A stretch of DNA of 60,957 nucleotides, counting the filler. It is 5 parts of 5 records of this genome, joined end to end, with 100 filler letters (N's around TTAATTAATTAA, not from the genome) between each part and the next. Parts side by side here need not be neighbours in the genome. Positions count along the whole stretch, not along the records: positions 1 to 13,118 come from SRR31156797_1540; 4 more parts are not named here. One strand, given 5' to 3'. Shown here one piece after another: positions 1 through 10,236 of the stretch. Every line of letters begins with the position of its first letter. Positions within the stretch are counted from its first letter, which is position 1. A program made the position numbers and the translations under genes. The notes under the pieces are model-generated. The model did no database searches. It was not told the origin of the DNA and saw only the letters and a list, made by a program, of their open reading frames with translations.

Positions 1-84
1 TATACTCAAAGAAGAAATGTAAAGATACAACATGGAGCAAATGTTTTATATAATCCATATACAACAATTAGTGTAAAAGTATAA
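1..84 (+). CDS. 3' end of an unidentified gene (partial)
   Basis: Frame 1 is open from base 1: YTQRRNVKIQHGANVLYNPYTTISVKV then TAA at 82-84. Confidence 0.4.
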   Translation, partial: YTQRRNVKIQHGANVLYNPYTTISVKV

Positions 85-177
85 AAAAAGTAAAAATTTA
101 AAAAAATAAGAAAATGAGTCATTTGTGAGACATTTTTATTGTAAAATCAAAACTTTAATTATGAATAAGGAGAAAGA

Positions 178-1131
178 ATGAAAAAAACATCTTTGATTAC
201 AGGGCTAGTTTTAGCTTTTCTTTTGATGTTATCAGGTTGTAAGAGTACGACAGTTCAAAACATTGACAATAGTGGTTATATAAGTGGTTCTAAGGTAACA
301 ACAAAAAAGGTTGAAAGAGCTATTCAAAAAGGTGCTATGAGAAAAGGTTGGTCTACAAAAAGAATTAAAACTGGACTTTTAGAAGTTAAAAATAATGTAA
401 GAGGAAAACATCTTGTTGTAGTAAATATTGCATATGATAGAAAAGGTTATAAAATCTCTTATAAAGATAGTAGAAATATGAATTATGATGCTGGTTCAAA
501 TACAATTCATAAAAACTATAACAAATGGATTGCAAATTTAGAGAGAAATATTAATTATGAACTATCACAAATTGGAGTGATGGGAAATACTAGTGCAACT
601 AGAAAAGTAACTAATATTGAACCAAAAAGTTCTGCTAAATCTACTAAAAACTATAAAAAAGCAGATAGTAGTGCAATTAGTGGAAAAACAATCTATATTA
701 GAAATATAACTCCTTATTCTTCAGGAAATAGAATAGCAGAAAATATTAAAGCTGAGTGTACAATCAATGAGCAGTTAGCAACATTTATAAAAAAGTTTGC
801 TCAAGAACAAGGTTTAAAAGTAGAGTATAAAAATAAACCTTCTTCTAAAGATTTATTCTTAGATGTTAAAATTGTAGATGCAATTAGCCAAGGTGGAGCA
901 TTTAGAGGTCATAGTAAATTTACTTCTATTGAAGGAAGACTTGTAAAAGGAAATAAAAGTTATGGTTCTTTTAAAGCAGCAAGAGTTTCTGGTGGTGGAT
1001 TCTTTGGAGCTTATAAAGGTTCTTGTGCAGTATTAGGAAGAACAGTTGAAGCTTTAGGAAAAGATGTTGCCCTTTGGTTATATAGCCCAATGGATAATGC
1101 AAGATTAGGTGATACTGGATATATAAGATAG
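178..1131 (+). CDS. Two-domain lipoprotein
   Basis: AAGGAG RBS; lipobox LSGC; two globular regions separated by a K/S/T-rich linker. Confidence 0.75.
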   Translation: MKKTSLITGLVLAFLLMLSGCKSTTVQNIDNSGYISGSKVTTKKVERAIQKGAMRKGWSTKRIKTGLLEVKNNVRGKHLVVVNIAYDRKGYKISYKDSRNMNYDAGSNTIHKNYNKWIANLERNINYELSQIGVMGNTSATRKVTNIEPKSSAKSTKNYKKADSSAISGKTIYIRNITPYSSGNRIAENIKAECTINEQLATFIKKFAQEQGLKVEYKNKPSSKDLFLDVKIVDAISQGGAFRGHSKFTSIEGRLVKGNKSYGSFKAARVSGGGFFGAYKGSCAVLGRTVEALGKDVALWLYSPMDNARLGDTGYIR

Positions 1132-1135
1132 AACT

Positions 1136-1166
1136 AAAATACAGAGAAGCTTTTTCTCTGTATTTT
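1136..1166 (+). terminator. Intrinsic terminator
   Basis: AAAATACAGAGAA / TTCTCTGTATTTT inverted repeat just after the stop codon. Confidence 0.7.
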
Positions 1167-1231
1167 TAGGGAAATTATATATTAAATAATTGTTGGATAT
1201 AATTTAATATAATAATATATTAGGTTTTATT

Positions 1232-2182
1232 TTGGATATTAAAAAAGTATTAGTTATATCGTACTCTCAAACAGGACAATTAACTCAATTAACAGACTCA
1301 GTTTTAGCCCCTTTAGAGGCAGATACAAATGTAGAAGTGGTTTATAAAAAAATTGAACCACTAAAACCATATCCTTTTCCATGGGATTTTATGACTTTTA
1401 TGGATTGTTTTCCAGAATCAATATATTTAGACCCACCAGAAATTAAAGAGATAGAAGATGATGACAATGATTATGATTTGGTGATTTTACCTTATCAAGT
1501 ATGGTTCTTATCTCCATCTTTACCTATTACAGCTTTTTTGAAAAGTGATTATGCAAAAAGAAAGTTAAAAGGTAAGCCAGTTATTACTTTAATTGGTTGT
1601 AGAAATATGTGGGTTATGGCGCAAGAAAAATTAAAACAAATGCTTAATGACGTTGAAGCTAAACTTATTGACAATATAGTTTTGATTGACCAAGGAAACT
1701 CTTTTGCAACATTTGTTACAACACCAAGATGGATGTTAACAGGGAAAAGAGATTCATTGTGGGGAATTTTCCCAGAAGCAGGAATTTCAAAACAAGATAT
1801 AAAAGAGGCTTCAAGATTTGGTAAAGCAATAAGTCATGCTTTAGCAAATGATGAAGAGAAAAAACAAGAATCTATTTGCTATGGATTAAATGCAGTTACA
1901 ATAGATGAAAAACTAATTAAAAGTGAACAAATAGCAACTAAAAGTTTTATGATTTGGGGAAAACTTATTAGAAAAGTTGGAAAACAAGGTGACCCTAAAA
2001 GAAAACCTATAGTAATGCTTTATGTAGTTTTTTTACTTTTGATTATTTTAACAATTGTTCCAATAAATATGTTGGTTCAAACAATAATTAGAAAAGTTAA
2101 TAAAGAGAAAATATTAAAACAAAAAGAGATTTTTGAAGCACCATCGGGAAGTGCAAAAGATAGAATGAAGGATTTTTTATAA
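1232..2182 (+). CDS. darA: Dialkylresorcinol condensing enzyme (DarA family)
   Basis: YSQTGQL, YPFPW, YQVWFLSPSLP and IGCRNMW motifs; C-terminal hydrophobic segment; directly upstream of darB. TTG start. Confidence 0.9.
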   Translation: MDIKKVLVISYSQTGQLTQLTDSVLAPLEADTNVEVVYKKIEPLKPYPFPWDFMTFMDCFPESIYLDPPEIKEIEDDDNDYDLVILPYQVWFLSPSLPITAFLKSDYAKRKLKGKPVITLIGCRNMWVMAQEKLKQMLNDVEAKLIDNIVLIDQGNSFATFVTTPRWMLTGKRDSLWGIFPEAGISKQDIKEASRFGKAISHALANDEEKKQESICYGLNAVTIDEKLIKSEQIATKSFMIWGKLIRKVGKQGDPKRKPIVMLYVVFLLLIILTIVPINMLVQTIIRKVNKEKILKQKEIFEAPSGSAKDRMKDFL

Positions 2183-2183
2183 A

Positions 2184-3320
2184 ATGAACAGTGTTTACAT
2201 AAATAATGTACAAAAATTTATGCCAAATGATGCAGTTACAAATGAAGAAATAGAAGACTACTTAGGTTATATTGGTGGGAAAAAATCAAAAGCAAAAAAA
2301 GTAGTACTTAGAAGTAATGGAATTAAAAGTAGATATTATGTTTTAGAAAAAGGAACTGAAAAAGCTCTTTTTTCAAATGCTCAAATTACAGCTAATGCAA
2401 TCAAAAAATTAGAGAATGAAAAGTTCTCTTTAGATAGTGTTGATTGTCTTTCATGTGGAACAACAACTCCAGATCAACTTATGCCAAACCATACTTTAAT
2501 GGTACAAGGTGAATTAGGTTTAACAGAGATTGAAACATTAAGTGCTTCAGGTATTTGTTTAAGTGGAATAAATGCTTTAAAATATGCTTACTATGGAATT
2601 AAATGTGGAGATTTAGAAAATGTTGTATCAACAGGTTCAGAAGTTGTTTCTCCAACATTAAGTGCTAAAAACTTTAAAACAGAATCTGACCATAAAGCAG
2701 TAGAACAAAATCCAGGAATTGCCTTTGAAAAAGATTTTTTAAGATGGATGCTTTCAGATGGTGCAGGGGCAATGCTTTTACAAAATAAACCAAATGAAGA
2801 GGGCTTATCTTTAAAAATTGATTGGATAGATATTTTATCTTATGCCGGTGAAATGCCAACTTGTATGTATAGTGGATGTGAAGTTAAAGGTGATGAGGTA
2901 AAAGGATTTAGAACATTTACTCAAGAAGAGATAATGGAAAAGTCTTTACTTACAATTGCCCAAGATGTAAAACTTTTAAATGAAAATATCATTGAATATA
3001 CAGTTACAAAACCTATTGAGAAAATAGCTAAAAAAAGAGATTTAAAAGAAGAAGAGATATCTTACTTTTTACCTCACTACTCTTCAACATTCTTTAAGGA
3101 TAAAGTATATGAAGGAATGAAAAAAGGTGGTTTAGAAATTCCTTTTGAAAAGTGGTTTACAAATCTTACAAAATGTGGAAATACTGGTTCTGCATCAATT
3201 TATATTATGCTTGAAGAGTTATTTAATTCAAATAAATTATCAAAGGGTGAAAAAATTCTTTGTTATATTCCAGAAAGTGGGAGATTCTCTACATCATTTA
3301 TGATGTTAGAAGTAGTATAA
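2184..3320 (+). CDS. darB: KAS III-like ketosynthase (DarB/StlD family)
   Basis: Catalytic triad in GIC, LPHYSS and GNTGSAS; family motifs FEKDFLRWMLSDGAGA and PESGRFS. Confidence 0.9.
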   Translation: MNSVYINNVQKFMPNDAVTNEEIEDYLGYIGGKKSKAKKVVLRSNGIKSRYYVLEKGTEKALFSNAQITANAIKKLENEKFSLDSVDCLSCGTTTPDQLMPNHTLMVQGELGLTEIETLSASGICLSGINALKYAYYGIKCGDLENVVSTGSEVVSPTLSAKNFKTESDHKAVEQNPGIAFEKDFLRWMLSDGAGAMLLQNKPNEEGLSLKIDWIDILSYAGEMPTCMYSGCEVKGDEVKGFRTFTQEEIMEKSLLTIAQDVKLLNENIIEYTVTKPIEKIAKKRDLKEEEISYFLPHYSSTFFKDKVYEGMKKGGLEIPFEKWFTNLTKCGNTGSASIYIMLEELFNSNKLSKGEKILCYIPESGRFSTSFMMLEVV

Positions 3321-3716
3321 ATGGAAAAAATCGAAGTTCCACAAGAAGAGAATAAAACCTTAGATGGAATAAAAAAGGTTATGTATACAACTGACAATGA
3401 TGGTGAATTTAAAACAGCGAACTATGGAAGCTCTGTTGAAGAGTTTGCTACACAAGTTGCAGTAGAAGAGTATGAAGTTTTAAAACAAGAGAGCTTAGAG
3501 AATATAAAAAAAGGTCTTAGCTCTCCTATTGAGTACTTTATGTTTGAAAATAGAATGGATTTACCAACATTAGCAAGTGTTGTGGGGATGTTTCAATTTA
3601 GAGTAAAAAGACATCTAAAAATGAATAATTTCAAAAAACTAAATGACAAAATTTTGTCAAAATATGCCGAAGCATTTAATATTAAAATAGAAGAGTTAAA
3701 GGATTTTAAAGTATGA
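3321..3716 (+). CDS. Conserved hypothetical protein of DAR clusters
   Basis: TAA-ATG coupled to darB; SPIEYFM..RMDLPTLA..VG...FRVKRHL (HTH-like) motif. Confidence 0.65.
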   Translation: MEKIEVPQEENKTLDGIKKVMYTTDNDGEFKTANYGSSVEEFATQVAVEEYEVLKQESLENIKKGLSSPIEYFMFENRMDLPTLASVVGMFQFRVKRHLKMNNFKKLNDKILSKYAEAFNIKIEELKDFKV

Positions 3717-4705
3717 GTGAAAAGTTTGAACATTCACAATTTGCACACTGTGAGAGTGGAGTTGTTTCGACTTTATTAACTCATTATGGTTTAAAGCTTA
3801 GTGAGCCAATGGTTTTTGGACTTACTAGCTCTTTATCTTTTGTTTTTCTTCCAATAATCAAACTTAATAATATGCCTTTAATTGCATATAGAGAACTTCC
3901 TAAAAACATAATCAATAAAGTTTCAAAAGTTCTTGGAATAGAGATTGTTAAAAAAACATATAAAAATGGTGTTGAAGCAAATAATGATTTAACAAAATTT
4001 GTTGAAGATAAACAATTAGTTGGTCTTCAGACATCTGTTTTTTATCTTCCCTACTTTCCAAAGGATATGAGATTTCACTTTAATGCACACAATCTTTTAG
4101 TTTATGGAAAAGAAGGAAGTGATTACAAAATCTCTGACCCTGTTTTTGAAGAGGCTGTTTTATGTGATGAAAAAGAGCTTACGAGAGCAAGATTTGCAAA
4201 GGGAGTATTTGCTCCAAAAGGGTTTATGTATTATCCTAAAAATATTCCAACTAATCTTGACTTTTCTTCAATTGTTAAAAAAGCTATAAAGAAAAATGCT
4301 AAGTCAATGTTAACTCCTTTTCCATATGCTGGGGTAAAAGGAATGAGAACTTTAGCAAAGAAAATATCAAAATTAAACCCTAATTCTGACCCTAGATATT
4401 TAAAAAACTATTTAACGCATATTGTTAGAATGCAAGAAGAAATAGGAACAGGAGGCGGAGGCTTTAGGTTTTTATATGCTGCATTTTTAAAAGAAGTGAA
4501 AAAGTATGATTTAGATAATGAACTATTAGATGAAGCATCTTCTTTACTTGTGAAGTCTGGAAATACTCTAAGAGAGTTTGCTTTACTTTGTGTAGAGTCT
4601 AGTAAAAAAATTGATAAATTTGATGCAAATAAAATTGCAGAAAAATTAGTAGAAGCTTCGAAATATGAAGAAGAGGCTTTTAAATTATTAAAAAAGATAC
4701 AATAG
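3713..4705 (+). CDS. BtrH N-terminal / DUF4872 papain-like peptidase fold protein
   Basis: HCESG Cys, HFNAH His and ISDP Asp; MQEEIGTGGGGFR motif typical of DAR-cluster BtrH-like proteins. Confidence 0.85.
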   Translation: MSEKFEHSQFAHCESGVVSTLLTHYGLKLSEPMVFGLTSSLSFVFLPIIKLNNMPLIAYRELPKNIINKVSKVLGIEIVKKTYKNGVEANNDLTKFVEDKQLVGLQTSVFYLPYFPKDMRFHFNAHNLLVYGKEGSDYKISDPVFEEAVLCDEKELTRARFAKGVFAPKGFMYYPKNIPTNLDFSSIVKKAIKKNAKSMLTPFPYAGVKGMRTLAKKISKLNPNSDPRYLKNYLTHIVRMQEEIGTGGGGFRFLYAAFLKEVKKYDLDNELLDEASSLLVKSGNTLREFALLCVESSKKIDKFDANKIAEKLVEASKYEEEAFKLLKKIQ

Positions 4706-4708
4706 AGC

Positions 4709-5539
4709 TTAAACTTTAAGTTCTATTGTAATGTAGTTATTGTTTATATCTTTTGCAATATAAAGGTGTTCACCTTTGTATTCAAGAAGGTCTAAAACTC
4801 TTAAAGCACCTTCACTTCCAAAGAAATCTTTTGAATCGATAATCTTATTATTATCAAGTTTTGAAACAATATTTTCATCATTTTGTGCAAATTGATTAAG
4901 AGCTATTTTTGAATATGTACTTTTAATATTTTTTATCAACTCTTCACTTGAACTAAACTCTTGGATATTTGTAATTTCTCCTAAAGAGTTAGATGAATCA
5001 TTGTTTAAATATAACCAACAGCTTCCATCTTGTGAAGTTTGATTATTTGCAAAGCTTACATACTTTTCATAATCTTTTACTTCTTCAAGGGATTCATCAA
5101 CCCCTCCAATCAAGATATCTGATATCTCATCTATTTCAAGTTCAAACTGTGCAAGTTGTAAAGACTTCTCAAATGATAAGTATTGAGAAGTTAAAAGCAT
5201 ATTCTTACCCTTTGCATTTAAAGCTTGGGAAACATAAAAGCTAACATTGTTGCTGTTTACATTTAGAAAGTCAAAGGGCATTACAATATTGTTTTCTTCA
5301 TTTATTGTTTGCATTAGCTTATAAACATCATTTATAGGTCCATATTCACTTGCAACATAAATTCCAAGGTTTTCTCTTAGCTTAATCTCTTTTGTTGCTC
5401 TTAGAGCTCCTAGGACTGCTAAGATATTAAACTTACTTGATCTTCTAAGGTTTATCTTCGAAATCTCTTTTAACTCTTTTCTGTACTCTTTTACAGCTTT
5501 ACTAGAATTGATAAGTTTATAAGTTGAGTGAATATACAT
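4709..5539 (-). CDS. Ketosynthase-like chain-length factor (non-catalytic)
   Basis: LRRSSKF, MPFDFLNVNSN and IGGVDE motifs; no catalytic Cys; follows the KS gene. Confidence 0.7.
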   Translation of the reverse strand: MYIHSTYKLINSSKAVKEYRKELKEISKINLRRSSKFNILAVLGALRATKEIKLRENLGIYVASEYGPINDVYKLMQTINEENNIVMPFDFLNVNSNNVSFYVSQALNAKGKNMLLTSQYLSFEKSLQLAQFELEIDEISDILIGGVDESLEEVKDYEKYVSFANNQTSQDGSCWLYLNNDSSNSLGEITNIQEFSSSEELIKNIKSTYSKIALNQFAQNDENIVSKLDNNKIIDSKDFFGSEGALRVLDLLEYKGEHLYIAKDINNNYITIELKV

Positions 5540-5540
5540 A

Positions 5541-6689
5541 TCAATCCTTATTGCTTAAGATTATTGAACTATTATTCCCACCAAAGGCAACATAGTTTAA
5601 TAAAATAGTTTGTTTGTTTTCACAAGCTTTGTGTTCTAAGATTGGAGTAAAGGCTAAATCTTCAATTGCTTCTTCAAAACCAAAAGTTGCAGGAAGGAAA
5701 CTATTTTTAATAGCTTCAAGCATTAAGACAATCTCATTCGTACCACAAGCCCCTAAAGTATGTCCTAAAATAGGTTTTAGTGCTGTAACTTGTGTTTTTT
5801 CTTTGTGGCTATCAAATAGTTGAGCTAAAGCTTTTGCTTCTGATGAGTTATTATTTTCACTTCCTGTGGCATGAGCTTTTATACAATCTAAATCTTTTAC
5901 TTGTAGCTTTGCAGTTTTTAAAGCACTATTCATTGCTTCAAAAATAGGAGTTCCTGAAGGGTCACTTGTAGTTTCTGAGTAGTTATCACAGATATTTGAA
6001 GAAGAGATATATTTAAAGTTGTTTTCTTCTTTTTTTTCACCTTCTAACACAACAGCTGAACAACCTTCTCCTAAGATAATACCATCACTATTTTTATCAA
6101 AGGGTCTGTATATTTTTGATTGAGAAAGAAGCATCAAAGAAGAAAAACCACCAAAAGTAGATTTATTAAAAAGTTCAAAGCCAATAACAATTGCTCTTTT
6201 AATTTTTTTCTTTTCAATCATCTTAGCTGCATAGGCTAAAGCATTTACACTAGATGTACAGGCAGTTGAGAAAAGAGTAGCTTTGTGTTTAGAGTTAATT
6301 AGTTTTTCAACATATTGACCAATAGCACCATTTCCAATATTTTTAAACTCTAAATTAGATGAACTGTTATCAAACTCATCTTTAAACTGCTCATTTGTCC
6401 CCATCTCCATAGAAGTAGAACCAAGGAAGATATATAAATCCTCTTGTTCTTCTTTAGAAAGCTTTGCTTCTTTTACTGCATCTAAAACTACTTTTTCTAA
6501 GATTTTTTGAAACCTTTTTTCATTTGAGTAGTCATAATCATATATCTTATAAAAGGTTTTATCTTTTAAAATCTCTTGAAGATTTTCTTTATATGTTTCA
6601 GATGAGATATTTTTTAAATTGGAAATAATATCTTGTTTATTATCTCCAATATTGCAAACTAGTGAGCTACCTATAATATATGCGTTCAA
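5541..6689 (-). CDS. Beta-ketoacyl-ACP synthase (FabB/F-like, APE-type)
   Basis: STACTSS (Cys), KAHATGS (His), GHTLGACG (His) and AFGGNN. TTG start. Confidence 0.9.
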   Translation of the reverse strand: MNAYIIGSSLVCNIGDNKQDIISNLKNISSETYKENLQEILKDKTFYKIYDYDYSNEKRFQKILEKVVLDAVKEAKLSKEEQEDLYIFLGSTSMEMGTNEQFKDEFDNSSSNLEFKNIGNGAIGQYVEKLINSKHKATLFSTACTSSVNALAYAAKMIEKKKIKRAIVIGFELFNKSTFGGFSSLMLLSQSKIYRPFDKNSDGIILGEGCSAVVLEGEKKEENNFKYISSSNICDNYSETTSDPSGTPIFEAMNSALKTAKLQVKDLDCIKAHATGSENNNSSEAKALAQLFDSHKEKTQVTALKPILGHTLGACGTNEIVLMLEAIKNSFLPATFGFEEAIEDLAFTPILEHKACENKQTILLNYVAFGGNNSSIILSNKD

Positions 6690-6691
6690 TG

Positions 6692-6958
6692 TTATTCCGG
6701 TTGTATATGGTCTGCTAAAGTATTTATTGATGCCATGATTTTTCTAAGTTTTTTACTATCATTTGCATCAATTCCATATTTTTTATGTAAAGCCATAGAT
6801 ATTTGTAAGGCATCCATTGAGTCAAGTTCTAATTCTGTGTCTGAACCAAATAGTACTTCATCATCACTTATATCTTCTGGTTCGATATCTTTATCGCACT
6901 CTTCAATAATTAATTCTTTTAATTCTAATTTTAGCTTCTCATCTTTAGAACCTATCAA
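6692..6958 (-). CDS. Acyl carrier protein
   Basis: Acidic 88 aa protein with the LDSMDALQI phosphopantetheine site; AGGAG RBS before TTG. Confidence 0.9.
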   Translation of the reverse strand: MIGSKDEKLKLELKELIIEECDKDIEPEDISDDEVLFGSDTELELDSMDALQISMALHKKYGIDANDSKKLRKIMASINTLADHIQPE

Positions 6959-6959
6959 T

Positions 6960-8120
6960 TTATCTCCTCTTTTTTAGTAAAATATATGCTAATAGTAAAC
7001 AGATTATAGCAAAAGTTATCATGTTATATACATAAGTAGAAATGTCATTAAAACTTCCACCTCTAACAAATACCTCTAAGAAACTCTCTAGTCCCCAAGA
7101 CATTGGAGAGTATTCTGAAAAGTCTTGCATAAATTTTGGCATTACAAATTTAGGAACCATAATTCCACCAATTGCTGCAAGAATAATATTTGAAACACCA
7201 CCAATAGTTGTAGCTTCTTCTGTTGTTTTAGCTATGTTTGCAATTAAAAGTGCAAAAGAGATAGAAGCAAAACTAACAGCAGAAGAAACTAAGAAAATCA
7301 AAGGAATACTTCCTTGTATAACTAGTGAATCTCCGCCTAGCAGTGGAACAATATAAATACCTACAAGTATCATAAATACTACTTGTACTTGATTGATAAA
7401 ATAGTATGGAACAATTTTCCCTAATAAAATAGGAAAGAGTGAAACATTTATACTTCTAATTCTATCAATTGTTCCAAAGGCTTTTTCATTTATAAAAGTA
7501 TTTGATATAGGAATTAGTATGAAAAACATAGAAAATACAAGCCAAGCAGGAACACTTTGTTGCACTGATGTTGGTGTTACTTCAAAGCCATCTTTTTTAT
7601 ATACATATGAGTTTTGGATTTTTGACTCAAAATCAAGTACCTTTTTTGTATCTATTTTCTGAGCAAGCATTAAGTCTTCTAAGATAAGTTTTGTGCTTGC
7701 ACTTGAAATAAGTTTTTTAAGAATCTCTATTTTTTGTAAAGAGGTATCAGGTTTACTATAAATAATAACTTTAAAGTTTTTATCATTTAGTTTTATTCTT
7801 TCAATGTAGTTTCTTTGAATATCAACTACAAAATCATAGTTTTCTTTATATAAAGTCTCTTTGTTATCTTTTACTTTTAGAAAGTTAGCATCGAAGAAGT
7901 TGTTTTCATTGATACTTTCAATCATCGTTTTGATGGACTTGTTGTTTTTAGAGCTTGTAATAGCAACTTTTAAAGGTGTATCTACACTATTTGAATAGCT
8001 ATTTTTTAAAGCTAAAGACATAATTAAAATAAAAATAACAGGCATTACAAATAAAACTAATAAAGCATGTAAATCTCTAAAGATAAGGGTAAACTCTTTT
8101 TTTAGTAAGTATTTAAACAT
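6960..8120 (-). CDS. ABC-2 type exporter permease
   Basis: N-terminal TM, large soluble loop and five C-terminal TMs; QQSVPAWLVFSMFF and GGIMVP motifs. Confidence 0.9.
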   Translation of the reverse strand: MFKYLLKKEFTLIFRDLHALLVLFVMPVIFILIMSLALKNSYSNSVDTPLKVAITSSKNNKSIKTMIESINENNFFDANFLKVKDNKETLYKENYDFVVDIQRNYIERIKLNDKNFKVIIYSKPDTSLQKIEILKKLISSASTKLILEDLMLAQKIDTKKVLDFESKIQNSYVYKKDGFEVTPTSVQQSVPAWLVFSMFFILIPISNTFINEKAFGTIDRIRSINVSLFPILLGKIVPYYFINQVQVVFMILVGIYIVPLLGGDSLVIQGSIPLIFLVSSAVSFASISFALLIANIAKTTEEATTIGGVSNIILAAIGGIMVPKFVMPKFMQDFSEYSPMSWGLESFLEVFVRGGSFNDISTYVYNMITFAIICLLLAYILLKKRR

Positions 8121-8980
8121 TAGTCTCTTAAATCCTGTTTTGTTAAATTTAAAAACATATCTTCAAGATTTTTGTATCCAAAATCAATATTTTCTATTCT
8201 TTTATTCTCTTTTTCTAATTTTGCAATCATCTTAGTAAAGTTATCAAAACCATCTTTTGTATCTATTTCTATCTCTTCATCTAGAAGTTTTATTTTTATA
8301 AGAGAGTTTTTCTGAAGTAGCTTCTCTTTTTTCTCTTGTAAAATGATTTTTGATTTATCTAAAATAGCTATTTCATCACATAAATACTCTACTTCTTCCA
8401 TATAGTGAGAAGTGTAAATAATAGTAGTATTCTCTTTTTCGTTGATTTTTTTAATAACATTTAAAATGTATTTTCTTGACTGAGGATCAATTCCTACCGT
8501 TGGCTCATCTAGGTATAAAATTTTTGGACTATTTAATAAACCAATAGCAATATTCAATCTTCTTTTTAAACCACCTGAAAAAGTGTGAGCTTGTTTATTT
8601 ATATATTTTTCTAAAGAAGTTACTTCAATACAGTATTCAATTCTTTTTTTAAGGGCTTCTTTTTTTAGTCCATAAAGACTTCCAAAAAACTCTAAGTTTT
8701 CAAAGGCAGTTAATTTTGGATAAAAAGCATAAGTTTGAGGAACAATACTACAGATAGATTTTATTTTGTTTTCATCTTTGTCTAAATCCATATTATCAAC
8801 TAAAATAGTTCCTGAATCCTTTGGAATCAAAAAGTTTAATATAGATACTAAAGTGGTTTTTCCTGCTCCATTTGGACCTAATAAACCAAATAAAGAGCCT
8901 TGCTTTATTTCTAAGTTTAGATTATCTAAAACAAGATTTCCCTTATAGGATTTACATAGATTTTTTATAACTATTGACAT
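8120..8980 (-). CDS. ABC exporter ATP-binding protein
   Basis: GPNGAGKT Walker A, FSGG signature, LYLDEPT Walker B, SH switch. Confidence 0.95.
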   Translation of the reverse strand: MSIVIKNLCKSYKGNLVLDNLNLEIKQGSLFGLLGPNGAGKTTLVSILNFLIPKDSGTILVDNMDLDKDENKIKSICSIVPQTYAFYPKLTAFENLEFFGSLYGLKKEALKKRIEYCIEVTSLEKYINKQAHTFSGGLKRRLNIAIGLLNSPKILYLDEPTVGIDPQSRKYILNVIKKINEKENTTIIYTSHYMEEVEYLCDEIAILDKSKIILQEKKEKLLQKNSLIKIKLLDEEIEIDTKDGFDNFTKMIAKLEKENKRIENIDFGYKNLEDMFLNLTKQDLRD

Positions 8981-9021
8981 TAAATATCTTTTCCCCGTAT
9001 TTTGCGAAGTATAGCAAACTA

Positions 9022-10236
9022 TTAGTTTATTTTCAACTTTTTACCAACACTTGAAGTTGGTATTTTATCCACATGTTTTAATGACAGTGAAAACTTTAGA
9101 TTAGAAAGTTTACTTTGTAAAATCTTTTTTATCTCTCTTGCTGTGAACTCTTTAGAGCTTTCTAGTGTAATATCTAAAACTTCACCCCTTAAAGAGTCAT
9201 TATCAGAACTTACAAAAACTAAAGCTTTGTTTATCTCCTCTTCCTCTTCTAAAATATTTTCTATTTGAATAGTAGAGTATCTTTTCCCAGCAATCTTTAA
9301 AATCTGTGAGCTTCTACCTACAAGTTTAAACTTCTCATTCTCTTTTTCTATATAATCAAAGGTTTGCATAACTCCATTTATATCTTTGAAACTATTTTCA
9401 TAAATAGTTGTTGAAACAAAAGGTGATAAAACTTTTAATTCATTTTGCTCATTTGTTTGAATCTCAACTTTAGGCATAGGCGTCCATAGAATTTCATCAT
9501 TTAGTTTATACGCGATTCCCCCTGTTTCCGTTGAACCAAAGATTTGCATAACATCTGTATTAAACTTTTCACTAAACTCTTTTGCATTTTGTGAATCTAA
9601 TGGTCCCGTTGAACTAACAAAAGTAGCTTTTGATAAATCTTTTTTTTCTGAGATTTTATTTAAGGCTTTTATATAAAGTGGAGTAGTTACAACTAAACTA
9701 TTTTCGTCAATTAAATTTAGTAAGTCATTTGGTAAAAAGTGTTCTTTTAAAACAATATCAATATCATTTAAAACTGGATATAAAAGACCAAATAACATTC
9801 CATAAATATGAATAAATGGCACAGTTAGAATTACTTTTTTTATCTCTCTTTTTTCAAATAGTTTTATTAAAACTTCAACTTCTTCTTCAAGATGTTTTTT
9901 TGTTTTTAAAGCACCTACTGGATTTCCAGTACTTCCACTTGTAAAAAACATCATAGAGAAATCTTTTCCATCAAAAATAGTATTTATCTTTTCCTCGTGT
10001 AAAAACTCTTTGATATTAAGTTCAACAAGCTTTTCTTTTAGTATTTGGTTTGTTTCATCAAATAGAATGATTTTTGAGTTATTAAAATATGCTTTGATAA
10101 TATTTAAGGCATTTTGTTCTTTGGATTTAGAGTTAATATATCCTAAATGATTTTGTAAAGAACTATTCGTAAAATCTTTTTTATTTATATTATGTGTTGT
10201 AATAGTTCCATTATCGTTATGAACTTCAATCTTCAT
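9022..10236 (-). CDS. AMP-binding acyl-CoA/acyl-ACP synthetase
   Basis: FTSGSTGNP P-loop, FGSTETGG, GRS..ILKIAGKR and C-terminal GKK. Confidence 0.85.
   Translation of the reverse strand: MKIEVHNDNGTITTHNINKKDFTNSSLQNHLGYINSKSKEQNALNIIKAYFNNSKIILFDETNQILKEKLVELNIKEFLHEEKINTIFDGKDFSMMFFTSGSTGNPVGALKTKKHLEEEVEVLIKLFEKREIKKVILTVPFIHIYGMLFGLLYPVLNDIDIVLKEHFLPNDLLNLIDENSLVVTTPLYIKALNKISEKKDLSKATFVSSTGPLDSQNAKEFSEKFNTDVMQIFGSTETGGIAYKLNDEILWTPMPKVEIQTNEQNELKVLSPFVSTTIYENSFKDINGVMQTFDYIEKENEKFKLVGRSSQILKIAGKRYSTIQIENILEEEEEINKALVFVSSDNDSLRGEVLDITLESSKEFTAREIKKILQSKLSNLKFSLSLKHVDKIPTSSVGKKLKIN

Noticed and set aside
2674-8948. Short antisense or alternative-frame ORFs in the track (e.g. 2674-2859, 4104-4289, 5614-5823, 6735-6977, 7042-7356) and similar ones elsewhere
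   Set aside because: Fully nested in well-supported genes, with no independent evidence.
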